Of a stretch of DNA of 64,000 bases, positions 56,138 to 64,000 are shown one piece after another. Every line of letters begins with the position of its first letter. Position 1 is the first letter of the stretch. Location: the NCBI GenBank assembly GCA_964472675.1, contig CAYYLO010000004.1, positions 1,602 to 65,601 of the forward strand, read 5' to 3'. This stretch comes from an uncultured Gammaproteobacteria bacterium (GTDB lineage Bacteria; Patescibacteriota; Microgenomatia; UBA8517; UBA10165). The translations under genes and the position numbers were made by a program. Under the pieces are notes generated by a model that worked only from the letters and a program-made list of their open reading frames with translations, was not told the DNA's origin and made no database searches.

Positions 56138-57172
56138 CTATTTTTCTCTTAAGATATAGTATGTTGCCTTGCCTTTGCCTTTTCTACTGATTAAAGCTAA
56201 ATCTATTAATTTTTTAAAATCCAGTGCTCTGGTTGCCTTTGCCCGGTCAACTAACTTTGCATAATCTCGGTCAGCAATAAATCCTTTTTCGCGAGTAAAC
56301 TCAAGTACCTTCAGGTGATAAGATTTTAGTTGAGTCTCTGGATTTATTCCAACTTCCGGAAGCATTTTTTGCACTCTTAAAAGCTCATCAATAATTCCCT
56401 CTGTAAAATATTCCAACCACAAGGTGAAATCAATTTTATTTACTAATTCATAATAATTACCAAATTCTCCGACAGTTTGAAAGTATTTAGTAACATTTTT
56501 GTTGTAGTAATTCTCGAAACTGAAAAGGTTAAAAGTATTTAATCCCATTTCAGCAAGTAAGACTTTTGTTGCCAGACGTGTCGTTCTCCCATTCCCATCC
56601 ATAAAAGGATGGATTATTACCATCTGTTTATGGAAAATACCGGCTAAAATAAGCGGATCAATTTCGCTTCGGTTACTATTTACAAACTCAATCATATCCT
56701 TTATTAGTTTCTTTACGTCTTTTACGTCAGGAGGCAGATATACAACTTTTCGCGTCCTTGGATCATTGACAACCACCGGTTTCTCCCGAAATTTACCAGT
56801 TTCAAATTCAGGCAATAGTCCAACGGTCACTTGCTTTTGAATTTTTAATATTATCTCAAGAGATAATATTACTTGCGTTTTTTCAAGCTTTTCATTCAAA
56901 TTCTGGAGTGCTTGATTATAGTTCAAAACTTCCTTTTCACTATCTCTTACGTGAGCAGGTTTAGATTTAAGGATTTTTTTAACCTCAGTTAAGGGTAAGG
57001 GATTACCTTCAATGCTTGTTGAAGCATAGGTTGAAACCGCTCTTGCAGCTTGCTCAATCTCTACCAACACAATATTGGGAAATCGCCTATTGTTCAAATC
57101 GTTTACCAAAGTATTGATTCTTTTAATGTTTGCTAAGAGGCGATCTGTGATTGTATAGCGAGGATTAAACAT
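56138..57172 (-). CDS. fic: Fic family protein, class II (N-terminal inhibitory motif in cis), with a C-terminal wHTH
   Basis: FIC active-site motif HPFMDGNGRTTRLAT, and the inhibitory helix motif (S/T)xxxE(G/N) as STSIEGN near the N-terminus. Confidence 0.85.
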   Translation of the reverse strand: MFNPRYTITDRLLANIKRINTLVNDLNNRRFPNIVLVEIEQAARAVSTYASTSIEGNPLPLTEVKKILKSKPAHVRDSEKEVLNYNQALQNLNEKLEKTQVILSLEIILKIQKQVTVGLLPEFETGKFREKPVVVNDPRTRKVVYLPPDVKDVKKLIKDMIEFVNSNRSEIDPLILAGIFHKQMVIIHPFMDGNGRTTRLATKVLLAEMGLNTFNLFSFENYYNKNVTKYFQTVGEFGNYYELVNKIDFTLWLEYFTEGIIDELLRVQKMLPEVGINPETQLKSYHLKVLEFTREKGFIADRDYAKLVDRAKATRALDFKKLIDLALISRKGKGKATYYILREK

Positions 57173-57253
57173 ACTGTGCCCGCCGTTTCAAGCGCTCTTC
57201 GTTAGGAGGGTAGACGTATTATAGACGAATATTAGACGAATTGCAATGGTTTG

Positions 57254-57327
57254 TGACCCCGACCGGATTTGAACCGGTGATCTTCAGGATGAGAACCTGA
57301 TGTCCTAAACCGCTAGACGACGGGGCC
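57254..57327 (-). tRNA. tRNA-Glu, anticodon CUC (no encoded CCA)
   Basis: Hand-folded: acceptor GGCCCCG/CGGGGUC, D stem GUCU/GGAC, anticodon stem UCAGG/CCUGA, loop UUCUCAU, T stem ACCGG/CCGGU, T loop UUCAAAU, discriminator A. Confidence 0.85.
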
Positions 57328-57410
57328 AATTGGGTTATTATATCTCTTTCAAGTTCAAAACAAAAACTTCTCATATCAAAGTCACACATTCTCGATGTAG
57401 ACTTGCAACA

Positions 57411-58022
57411 ATGGATGTGGAAAGGTTGAGAGAAGCAAGAACTGAGTTTGTTGCCACACTTGAGCTGGTTGGGCCAGTCTTGCAGCAATTGGAACAAAAA
57501 GTGCGAGATTTTGGACCTGAGCAGATTCTCAAACCTGAAGTTGCGGAAGAGATAAGAAGTGATTATGAAAGCATTTTGGACGCAATAGCCACGTCGGTCT
57601 TGGACGCTTCTGAGCAAACTGGTCTACCTCCGGAAGAGATTTACACTGCCCAACAAATTGCTTTAAATGATTTTGTTCGGGCCATGCTAACTCCTCCTCT
57701 CCCATTGTCTGAGGAGCAATGTGAGGAAGAAGGTATGCCATATCTTCTGGATTCGTGGGTCGCAGACCATACAAATTGGTGGGAACGTTTATCTGCCGAA
57801 CAAAAATCAGCGTTCTCTAACATATTGGGGATAGACCTTTTCCAGGCTGATAAATTTGTTCCTGCTAGCATTGAAGAATATCAGGTTATTTATAAATCTG
57901 ATCAACTGATAAAAATACCTGCTGCCTTGGGTTTGCCGGCAACTTCCTTTTATCCAGTTCTGGTTTGTGATTGGTACCGTGGGCCAGCTTTAACTTGCAT
58001 TCCAGTTGTTAATAGTGATTAG
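57411..58022 (+). CDS. Hypothetical acidic protein. ATG at 57411 is used because the start in the ORF track overlaps the tRNA.
   Basis: ORF integrity only. Confidence 0.4.
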   Translation: MDVERLREARTEFVATLELVGPVLQQLEQKVRDFGPEQILKPEVAEEIRSDYESILDAIATSVLDASEQTGLPPEEIYTAQQIALNDFVRAMLTPPLPLSEEQCEEEGMPYLLDSWVADHTNWWERLSAEQKSAFSNILGIDLFQADKFVPASIEEYQVIYKSDQLIKIPAALGLPATSFYPVLVCDWYRGPALTCIPVVNSD

Positions 58023-58032
58023 ATTAATAGCG

Positions 58033-58848
58033 ATGAAATCCATCAAGCTTAATGATCAAGCTCAGATTCCAGCATTGGGATTTGGGACGTGGCAGATGAG
58101 GGGGGATGAATGTGTACGCGCGGTCTTAACGGCTTTGGAAGTAGGTTATCGGCATATTGACACGGCAGATGTATACGGCAACCATAAAGATGTTGCTAAG
58201 GCTATAAAAGAGAGTGGTTTGGCGCGGGAAGAATTATTTATTACTACCAAGATTCCTTGGGATTTGCTTCGCGCGCCAGATGTTTTAGAGAACTTTAACC
58301 GATACCTTGACGAGCTGGACATGTCTTATGTTGATCTCTTTTTGGTTCATTGGCCAAATAAGCAAATTCCAATTCTTGACACCCTTGGAGCAATGAACCA
58401 ACTCAAGCAGGAAGGAAAGGTTAAAGCAGTTGGTGTTTCAAATTTTACGTCTCACCACCTTCAGGATGCTCTGACAACTGGTCATAAAATAACTTTAAAC
58501 CAGGTTGAACTTCACCCAACTTTTAACCAGCTCGAGCTTCAGGTATTTTGCAAGGCGAGAAATATCACTATGACTGCCTATTCTCCTTTGGGTAGAGGAG
58601 AAGATTTGGCCCACCCTGCAATTTTGGAATTGGCCAAAAAATATGGCGTTTCTCCTGCTCAGGTTATTTTAAACTGGATTATCTCGCGAGGAATTGTGGC
58701 TATTCCCAAAAGTGCCAATCCCCAAAGAATCGAGGATAACTATAAATCTGTTTCTTGGGAGATGGAAAAGATCGACATAGAAAAGGTTAACAATATTTCA
58801 CAGCAACCCAGAATACTGAATCGCCCCAATTCGGAGTTTGACTACTAA
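58033..58848 (+). CDS. Aldo/keto reductase (2,5-diketo-D-gluconate reductase-like)
   Basis: GYRHIDTADVYGN, IPILDT...VSNF and the catalytic tetrad positions are conserved. Confidence 0.85.
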   Translation: MKSIKLNDQAQIPALGFGTWQMRGDECVRAVLTALEVGYRHIDTADVYGNHKDVAKAIKESGLAREELFITTKIPWDLLRAPDVLENFNRYLDELDMSYVDLFLVHWPNKQIPILDTLGAMNQLKQEGKVKAVGVSNFTSHHLQDALTTGHKITLNQVELHPTFNQLELQVFCKARNITMTAYSPLGRGEDLAHPAILELAKKYGVSPAQVILNWIISRGIVAIPKSANPQRIEDNYKSVSWEMEKIDIEKVNNISQQPRILNRPNSEFDY

Positions 58849-58964
58849 ACAAGTTTTAAGCTAGAATATCGGCAAGGACTTGACAAATTTTGTTTAAGGA
58901 CTAACATTTAATCATAAAAACAAAGGCTCGAAAGAGTCTTTTAAGGTTTTTTAAAGGTACTTCA

Positions 58965-59417
58965 ATGATACAGTTAACCGAAGCTGGTTTCCATAAATTA
59001 CAAAAAGAGTATGACAATTTGATAAACAGCAAGCGCCCGGCTGCTGTTGATCGGTTGGCGCAAGCTCGTTCTATGGGCGACTTGTCGGAAAATAGCGATT
59101 ACCATCAGGCCAAAGAAGCTTTAGAATTTATTGATGGTCGAGTTTCAGAGTTGGAGTTGGTATTAAAGCAAGCTATTGTTGTTAGTAAGAACCATTCAAG
59201 CAAGGAAGTTGAAGTGGGTGCAAGGGTAAAAGTTTCTATTCGGGGCTCTGAGCATGTCTTTAGTATTGTCGGGGAATGGGAAGCAGACCCTAAAGAGAAA
59301 AAAATCTCTCACGAATCGCCACTTGGTAAAGCTTTAATTGGGAGGAAAGTTGGAGAAACTGTTGAAGTCCAAGCTCCCGCAGGCAAGGTTGAATATACCA
59401 TAGTAGGAATTGAGTAA
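58965..59417 (+). CDS. greA: Transcription elongation factor GreA
   Basis: N-terminal coiled coil with acidic tip (D..SEN.DY) and a C-terminal FKBP-like domain. The 150 aa size fits. Confidence 0.9.
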   Translation: MIQLTEAGFHKLQKEYDNLINSKRPAAVDRLAQARSMGDLSENSDYHQAKEALEFIDGRVSELELVLKQAIVVSKNHSSKEVEVGARVKVSIRGSEHVFSIVGEWEADPKEKKISHESPLGKALIGRKVGETVEVQAPAGKVEYTIVGIE

Positions 59418-61005
59418 CCTCTTGCGTTATACTAGCCTCATGTATTGGGCAGATCGCATTTCCGAAGAAATTATTAAAAGTGGTAAGTTCTCTCCTTATT
59501 GGGTTGACGATATGAAAACCCCCTCAGGTTATGCACACATAGGCTCTCTTTTGGGTCCGGTTATTCACAGCACCCTTTACCGCGCTTTAAAAAACAAGGG
59601 CCAAAAAGCTACTTTTACGTTTGTAATAAATGATTTTGACCCAGCTGATGATCTCCTTCCTGAACTGAGGGGTAAATTTGAGCAATATTTAGGAATGCCT
59701 TTGAAACTTGCTCCTTCACCTGTCCCAGGTTTTGAAAGCATGGCGGACTTATTTGGCCAGGATTTTATAACTTCCATAAAAAATTTGGGAGTTGAAGCTG
59801 AAATTCTTTCTTCCTGGGATTTGTATCACGAAGGCAAGTTTGATGAAGTTATTCGGATGGCTTTGGACAATGCTGAAAAAATTCAGGACATTTATCAGCG
59901 TATTGCGGGAAGCAAGAAAAAAGAAGCGGGCTGGCTGCCTTTACAGGTGATTTGCGAAAACTGTAGGAAGTTGGGTACAACTCGCGTTTATGGCTGGGAT
60001 GGGGAGAAAGTCTCGTATAAGTGCGAACTGGCAATGGTGAAATGGGCCCAAGGTTGTGGACACGAAGGAAAGGTTAGCCCGTTTGGAGGAACAGGAAAAC
60101 TGCCCTGGAAGGTTGATTGGGCTGCGCATTGGAAGGTCTTGGGCATAACTATTGAAGGAGCGGGGAAAGACCACGCTTCAGCTGGCGGAAGTTATGATAT
60201 TGCCATGGAAATAGTTAAAGAAGTTTTCAATTATCCCCAGCCATATAAACTCCCTTATGAATTTATCTTAATAGGCGGACGCAAAATGTCTTCCTCAAAA
60301 GGAATTGGCCTTAAAGCACATGATTTGGTTAAAATTTTGCCTCCCCAAGTCGGAAGATTTTTATTTGTTGCCCGCGACATAAAAAGCCAAGCAAACTTTG
60401 ACCCTAACGGAACAATGGCTATCCCAGATTTGTTTGATGAGCATGATCGTGCGTGGAGGTTACATATCACAGACCCAGATCACCCGCTAGCTCGTGCTTT
60501 TGTCTATGCGCAAACCAACGGTTTTTCGTTAACAGATGATGTGTATTTGCCAAGATTTCGTGATGTGGCAAACTATCTTCAGATGCCGAACGTAAGTTTG
60601 GTTGAAAAGTTCGAGAATCTGAAAGGCGGGAAGTTAACAAAAGAAGAAACTACAATTCTCGATGAAAGGAGAAAGTATGCACAGATTTGGCTGGAGAATT
60701 ACGCGCCTGAAGATTTTCGTTTGCAAATGACCAGCAGTTTTCCTGAATTGGCAAAGGACTTTACCCCCGAGCAGAAAAAGTTTTTACACGAAGCGGCAAA
60801 GTTAGTTGAGAAAGAGATGGGTGAGGAAGAACTGCAGTTGGCGATTTATAACCTTTCTAAAGAGTTGAAAGTGCCTTCAAAAGAAGCATTTGGAGCAATT
60901 TATCGAAGCTTTTTGGGGAAAGACCATGGGCCCAAAGCTGCTTGGCTGTTAAAAAAATATCCCCAGGAGAAAGTAATTGAAAGACTTGTGGAGGCTTCTA
61001 AATGA
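59410..61005 (+). CDS. lysK: Lysyl-tRNA synthetase, class I (archaeal type)
   Basis: HIGH-type motif (GYAHIGS) and KMSKS as KMSSSKG, in a ~530-aa Rossmann-fold layout. It lacks the class II motifs. Confidence 0.8.
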   Translation: MSNLLRYTSLMYWADRISEEIIKSGKFSPYWVDDMKTPSGYAHIGSLLGPVIHSTLYRALKNKGQKATFTFVINDFDPADDLLPELRGKFEQYLGMPLKLAPSPVPGFESMADLFGQDFITSIKNLGVEAEILSSWDLYHEGKFDEVIRMALDNAEKIQDIYQRIAGSKKKEAGWLPLQVICENCRKLGTTRVYGWDGEKVSYKCELAMVKWAQGCGHEGKVSPFGGTGKLPWKVDWAAHWKVLGITIEGAGKDHASAGGSYDIAMEIVKEVFNYPQPYKLPYEFILIGGRKMSSSKGIGLKAHDLVKILPPQVGRFLFVARDIKSQANFDPNGTMAIPDLFDEHDRAWRLHITDPDHPLARAFVYAQTNGFSLTDDVYLPRFRDVANYLQMPNVSLVEKFENLKGGKLTKEETTILDERRKYAQIWLENYAPEDFRLQMTSSFPELAKDFTPEQKKFLHEAAKLVEKEMGEEELQLAIYNLSKELKVPSKEAFGAIYRSFLGKDHGPKAAWLLKKYPQEKVIERLVEASK

Positions 61006-61604
61006 CAAAAGAACAAGCTTTAAAACTTCTTCATGATAATATGGAGTCTGCCAACTTGAGAAAGCATTGCTATGCTGTTGGGGCGGTAATGCGTGCGTTG
61101 GCTCTTCGGTTAAACGCTGATAAATCCGCCGACGATACTGTCGGAGCGACTTCAGCTGTGGCGGATAAATGGGAAGTGGTTGGACTTTTACATGATTCCG
61201 ACTGGGAAAAAACAAAAGGAGAACCCAATAAGCACACAACCCTAACATATCAATGGCTTCTCGATTTGGGCGAAGCAGATCAAGAAATTCTTCACGCTAT
61301 AAAAACTCATAATTATGTCCATACGGGAGAAAATCCGCCTGAGACAAAAATGGAATGGGCCCTGTATTGTTGTGATGAGTTAACTGGCTTTATAATAGCA
61401 GTGACACTAGTTCAGCCGGAGAAAAAATTATCGTCGGTAACAAGCGAGAAGGTTTTGAAAAAATGGAATAAAAAAGAGTTTGCTGCGGCGGTTGACCGAA
61501 AGCAAATTGAAGAGTGTGAAGAGCGTCTTGGAGTTCAGTTGCAAGAGTTTATTGATATTTCGATTACAGCAATGCAAGGAATCGCTGATGAGTTGGGGTT
61601 GTAG
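61002..61604 (+). CDS. HD-domain phosphohydrolase
   Basis: H...HD...D motif spacing (KHCYAVGAVMRALA...LLHDSDWEK). Confidence 0.65.
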   Translation: MTKEQALKLLHDNMESANLRKHCYAVGAVMRALALRLNADKSADDTVGATSAVADKWEVVGLLHDSDWEKTKGEPNKHTTLTYQWLLDLGEADQEILHAIKTHNYVHTGENPPETKMEWALYCCDELTGFIIAVTLVQPEKKLSSVTSEKVLKKWNKKEFAAAVDRKQIEECEERLGVQLQEFIDISITAMQGIADELGL

Positions 61605-61704
61605 TAACGTCATCCTGAACGAAAGTGAAGGATCTCTCGCGAATGCGAGATAGCACAGACAAGCTGTGAGATTCTTCGGCTCCGCCTCAGAATGACAAAC
61701 ATTT

Positions 61705-62985
61705 ATGATTGATATAAATCTAGTTCGCGAAAATATAGATTTAGTAAAAGCCGGTGTGGCCAAAAAGAAATATGACACTTTGGTTGTCGATCGTGTTGCC
61801 AAAACCGACCGGGAGCATGTCGCACTGCTTCAGAAAGTGGAAGACCTTCGTCACGAAAGAAATGTAATCAGCAAAGAATATACTCCCGAGAATGTTGCGC
61901 GCGGCAAAGAAATAAAAAGTGAATTGGCAAAACTTGAACCGGATTTGGAAAAGTTGGAAGTAGAAGTTAACGGGCTTTTGCAAAGTATACCCAATCTTCC
62001 TCAAGAAGGCATACCGGATGGTGAAGGAGAAGAAGACAATAAAGTTTTGCGGGAATGGGGTGTTCCAAAAGAATTTAATTTTACCCCAAAAGACCATCTA
62101 GAACTTGGAAAAGAATTAGATATTTTAGACTTTGACAGTGGCGCAAAGATTGCTGGTTCTGGGTTTTATTATTTAAAGAATGACGGGGCACTTTTAGAAA
62201 TTGCACTGGTGTCTTATGGCATGAAATTTTTGGCAGAGCGCGGATTTATTCCAATGTTGACGCCGGATGTTGCCAGAGAAAGATTTTATTTGGGGACGGG
62301 ATATTTACCCAAAGGCGACGAAGCGCAAACTTATGTTTTGGAAGGAACAGATTTGGGGCTTATTGCAACGGCAGAAGTTACACTAGCAGGATATCATGCA
62401 GACGAAATTTTAAACGAAAAAGATTTGCCCAAAAAATATGCTGGATACTCTCATTGTTTCCGACGCGAAGACGGTGCTTACGGGAAATATTCAAAAGGAC
62501 TTTACCGTGTGCATCAATTCACTAAAGTGGAAATGTTTGCTTACGCAAAACCTGAAGAATCCAAAAAAGTTCATGAAGAATTTCTAAAAACCGAAGAAGA
62601 GTTTTGGCAATCATTGGGAATTCCTTACCGCGTTTTGGAAATGTGTACCGGAGATTTGGGTGCTCAAGCCGCAAGAAAGATTGATTTGGAAGCTTGGATG
62701 CCAGGTAGGGCCGCTCAAGTAGGGCGAGCCTCGCCTGAAAGGCGGGGTGACTATGGCGAAGTAACTTCAACTTCTAACACAACAGACTATCAAGCGAGAA
62801 ATCTAAATATTCGGTACAGGAGGGGTGATAGGACAGAATATGTTCATACACTGAATGGAACACTATTCGCGTCTTCCCGTTGTCCACTTGCGATTATCGA
62901 AAACTACCAACAGGAAGACGGCAGCATTCTTATCCCCGAAGTTCTCCGGCCGTTTATGGGGAAAGAAAAAATAATTTCAAAATGA
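61705..62985 (+). CDS. serS: Seryl-tRNA synthetase
   Basis: N-terminal coiled-coil arm and class II motifs 2 and 3 (HTLNGT...ENYQ). It carries a GC-rich ~11-aa in-frame insert between WMPG and YGEVTS. Confidence 0.9.
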   Translation: MIDINLVRENIDLVKAGVAKKKYDTLVVDRVAKTDREHVALLQKVEDLRHERNVISKEYTPENVARGKEIKSELAKLEPDLEKLEVEVNGLLQSIPNLPQEGIPDGEGEEDNKVLREWGVPKEFNFTPKDHLELGKELDILDFDSGAKIAGSGFYYLKNDGALLEIALVSYGMKFLAERGFIPMLTPDVARERFYLGTGYLPKGDEAQTYVLEGTDLGLIATAEVTLAGYHADEILNEKDLPKKYAGYSHCFRREDGAYGKYSKGLYRVHQFTKVEMFAYAKPEESKKVHEEFLKTEEEFWQSLGIPYRVLEMCTGDLGAQAARKIDLEAWMPGRAAQVGRASPERRGDYGEVTSTSNTTDYQARNLNIRYRRGDRTEYVHTLNGTLFASSRCPLAIIENYQQEDGSILIPEVLRPFMGKEKIISK

Positions 62986-63767
62986 ACCGGGAAGAAAAAT
63001 TTCAAGAGTTGTGGAAGTTACACGAAAAGTGGGGGAAAGGTTTTATCTTTGAGGAAACCCAAGACTTAACCGATGTGCGTTATTATTTAAATTTACAAGA
63101 CCCCAGCATTTATTACAACTATGCGCTTCCTATAGATGTTAATCAGGTAAATATAGAAGAGGTTGTGGATTTGTTTCAAAAGAAAGGTAAAGCTCCTGCC
63201 CTCTACCTGCAAGAAACTCACCAAAAAAGCGGTTTGCTGGAAAAGGCAGTCAAACATGGATTTTCCCTCGACAGCCGCGACACCTGGATGGTGTTAGACA
63301 ATGAACAATACTCAGACACAAAATTGGGTGTCGACATTGGGTTGGTGGATCTTAAAAGCTTTGAAGATTACAAGAAAATAATGTTTGAAGTGTTTGCTGA
63401 CTTTCCGGGGAATGACTATTACTTTGAAATGTGCCGACGAGCACTTGTAGGTGAGATAAGCAATTATTTTAATGACTTTAAGGCGGAGTTTTACCTTGTA
63501 TGTGACGCAGAAGTTCCAGTCTCTGGGGCTGGCCTCTTTTATTCTACAGAAGGGAACTTTGCGTATCTTCATGCGACAGGAACCTTAGAGAACTTTAGGG
63601 GGAAGGGCTATCAAACAGCTTTGATTCAACATCGTGTTAATCTTGCGTTAAATCTTGGAATATCAAATATCTATTCTTTGGTTGAACACGGCAGCCAATC
63701 TTGGAAGAATATGATTAAGAATGGCTTTATCCAAGCGCAAGTTGGATATATATTAGCTAAGAAATAG
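62982..63767 (+). CDS. GNAT-fold N-acetyltransferase-like protein. The ATG overlaps the serS stop (ATGA).
   Basis: The C-terminal region has a GNAT motif-A-like R/Q-x-x-G-x-G/A (FRGKGYQTALIQHRVNLA). Confidence 0.5.
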   Translation: MNREEKFQELWKLHEKWGKGFIFEETQDLTDVRYYLNLQDPSIYYNYALPIDVNQVNIEEVVDLFQKKGKAPALYLQETHQKSGLLEKAVKHGFSLDSRDTWMVLDNEQYSDTKLGVDIGLVDLKSFEDYKKIMFEVFADFPGNDYYFEMCRRALVGEISNYFNDFKAEFYLVCDAEVPVSGAGLFYSTEGNFAYLHATGTLENFRGKGYQTALIQHRVNLALNLGISNIYSLVEHGSQSWKNMIKNGFIQAQVGYILAKK

Positions 63768-63862
63768 ACGCTATTCGTTTGTTATCTGGAATATCCATTG
63801 TTCTTGTCTAATTCTCATAATAATAAAGTATCCTTGTTGACATGCACAAGGAGGTTGATGTT

Positions 63863-64000
63863 ATGATTAAAAAAGATATGAAAAAAGTGAAAATAACAAA
63901 AAAAAAGAAGTTAATTGATTTAAAGAAATTTGTTCCTCTTGCGAAAAAGGTACGTAAGTATCTTGAAGAAGAAGAAGAGTACTTAAAAAATCATGAGAAT
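63863..64000 (+). CDS. Hypothetical lysine-rich protein, N-terminal part (it continues past the window end)
   Basis: SD aaggagg lies 8 nt upstream of the ATG, and the frame is open to the window end. Confidence 0.4.
   Translation, partial: MIKKDMKKVKITKKKKLIDLKKFVPLAKKVRKYLEEEEEYLKNHEN

Noticed and set aside
57330-57410. Extended start of the 57330-58022 ORF
   Set aside because: Its 5' end overlaps tRNA-Glu on the opposite strand. The ATG at 57411 was taken instead.
57219-57617. 132-aa ORF on the minus strand
   Set aside because: It overlaps tRNA-Glu.
61605-61704. T-box leader upstream of serS
   Set aside because: The gap is only ~100 nt, there is no T-box consensus (AATTAGGGTGGNACCGCG), and it is too short for a specifier/antiterminator architecture. 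A small hairpin (tctcgc-gaat-gcgaga) has no U-tract.
1-64000. CRISPR arrays, rRNA genes, transposases, integrases
   Set aside because: I scanned for regularly spaced short direct repeats, rRNA-like conserved stretches, and DDE/tyrosine-recombinase motifs. None were found. The only regular repeats are inside the giant genes and are protein-coding.

Overview
The window looks like a low-GC (~40%) reduced bacterial genome of the Patescibacteria/CPR type. This call rests on four things seen in the window: a class I LysRS, an archaeal-type AspRS, a short RNase Y lacking its N-terminal membrane anchor, and giant surface proteins. The first ~40 kb is mostly housekeeping genes on both strands: recX (C-terminal part), rny, hup, speH-like, miaA, RNase P RNA, comM/yifB, dtd, nth-like, secDF, cca, recJ, aspS, D-Ala-D-Ala carboxypeptidase, gltX, malic enzyme, capA-like, an LPXTG protein, an L,D-transpeptidase and lon. 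Between them sit small accessory items: a hicBA pair, DUF4258, DUF378 and a 46-aa zinc ribbon that is missing from the ORF track.

The main feature is a ~12 kb two-gene cassette at 40377-52440. It encodes two overlapping giant secreted, membrane-anchored proteins of 1811 and 2211 aa.
- Protein 1 is built from a lamin-tail domain, Ig-like repeats and a perfect 761-bp internal duplication.
- Protein 2 combines Ig-like and cadherin-like domains with an animal-heme-peroxidase (peroxidase-cyclooxygenase superfamily) domain and RTX calcium-binding repeats. The peroxidase motifs appear split, with the motifs of the C-terminal two-thirds placed upstream of the N-terminal motifs.
- Both proteins end in the same low-complexity linker, two-Cys FN3-like module and transmembrane anchor.
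- A near-identical 22-nt motif immediately follows the stop codons of lon and of giant gene 2, so it flanks the cassette.

Downstream lie a receiver-less tandem OmpR-type winged-helix regulator, two secreted hypotheticals, a class II Fic protein and a tRNA-Glu. Together with the cassette this may form an accessory island at roughly 40.1-57.3 kb.

Other observations:
- A GC-rich ~100-nt repeat family has one copy inserted in frame inside recJ and one copy in the intergenic region upstream of gltX. A separate GC-rich in-frame mini-insert sits in serS.
- A G11 homopolymer lies inside a secreted-protein CDS.
- A 30-bp direct repeat duplicates the 3' end of the gene upstream of secD around a 212-bp insert.
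- A GC-elevated two-gene islet (MFS transporter plus an unknown gene) spans 5.7-8.0 kb and is bounded by palindromes.

No CRISPR arrays, rRNA genes or transposases were seen.
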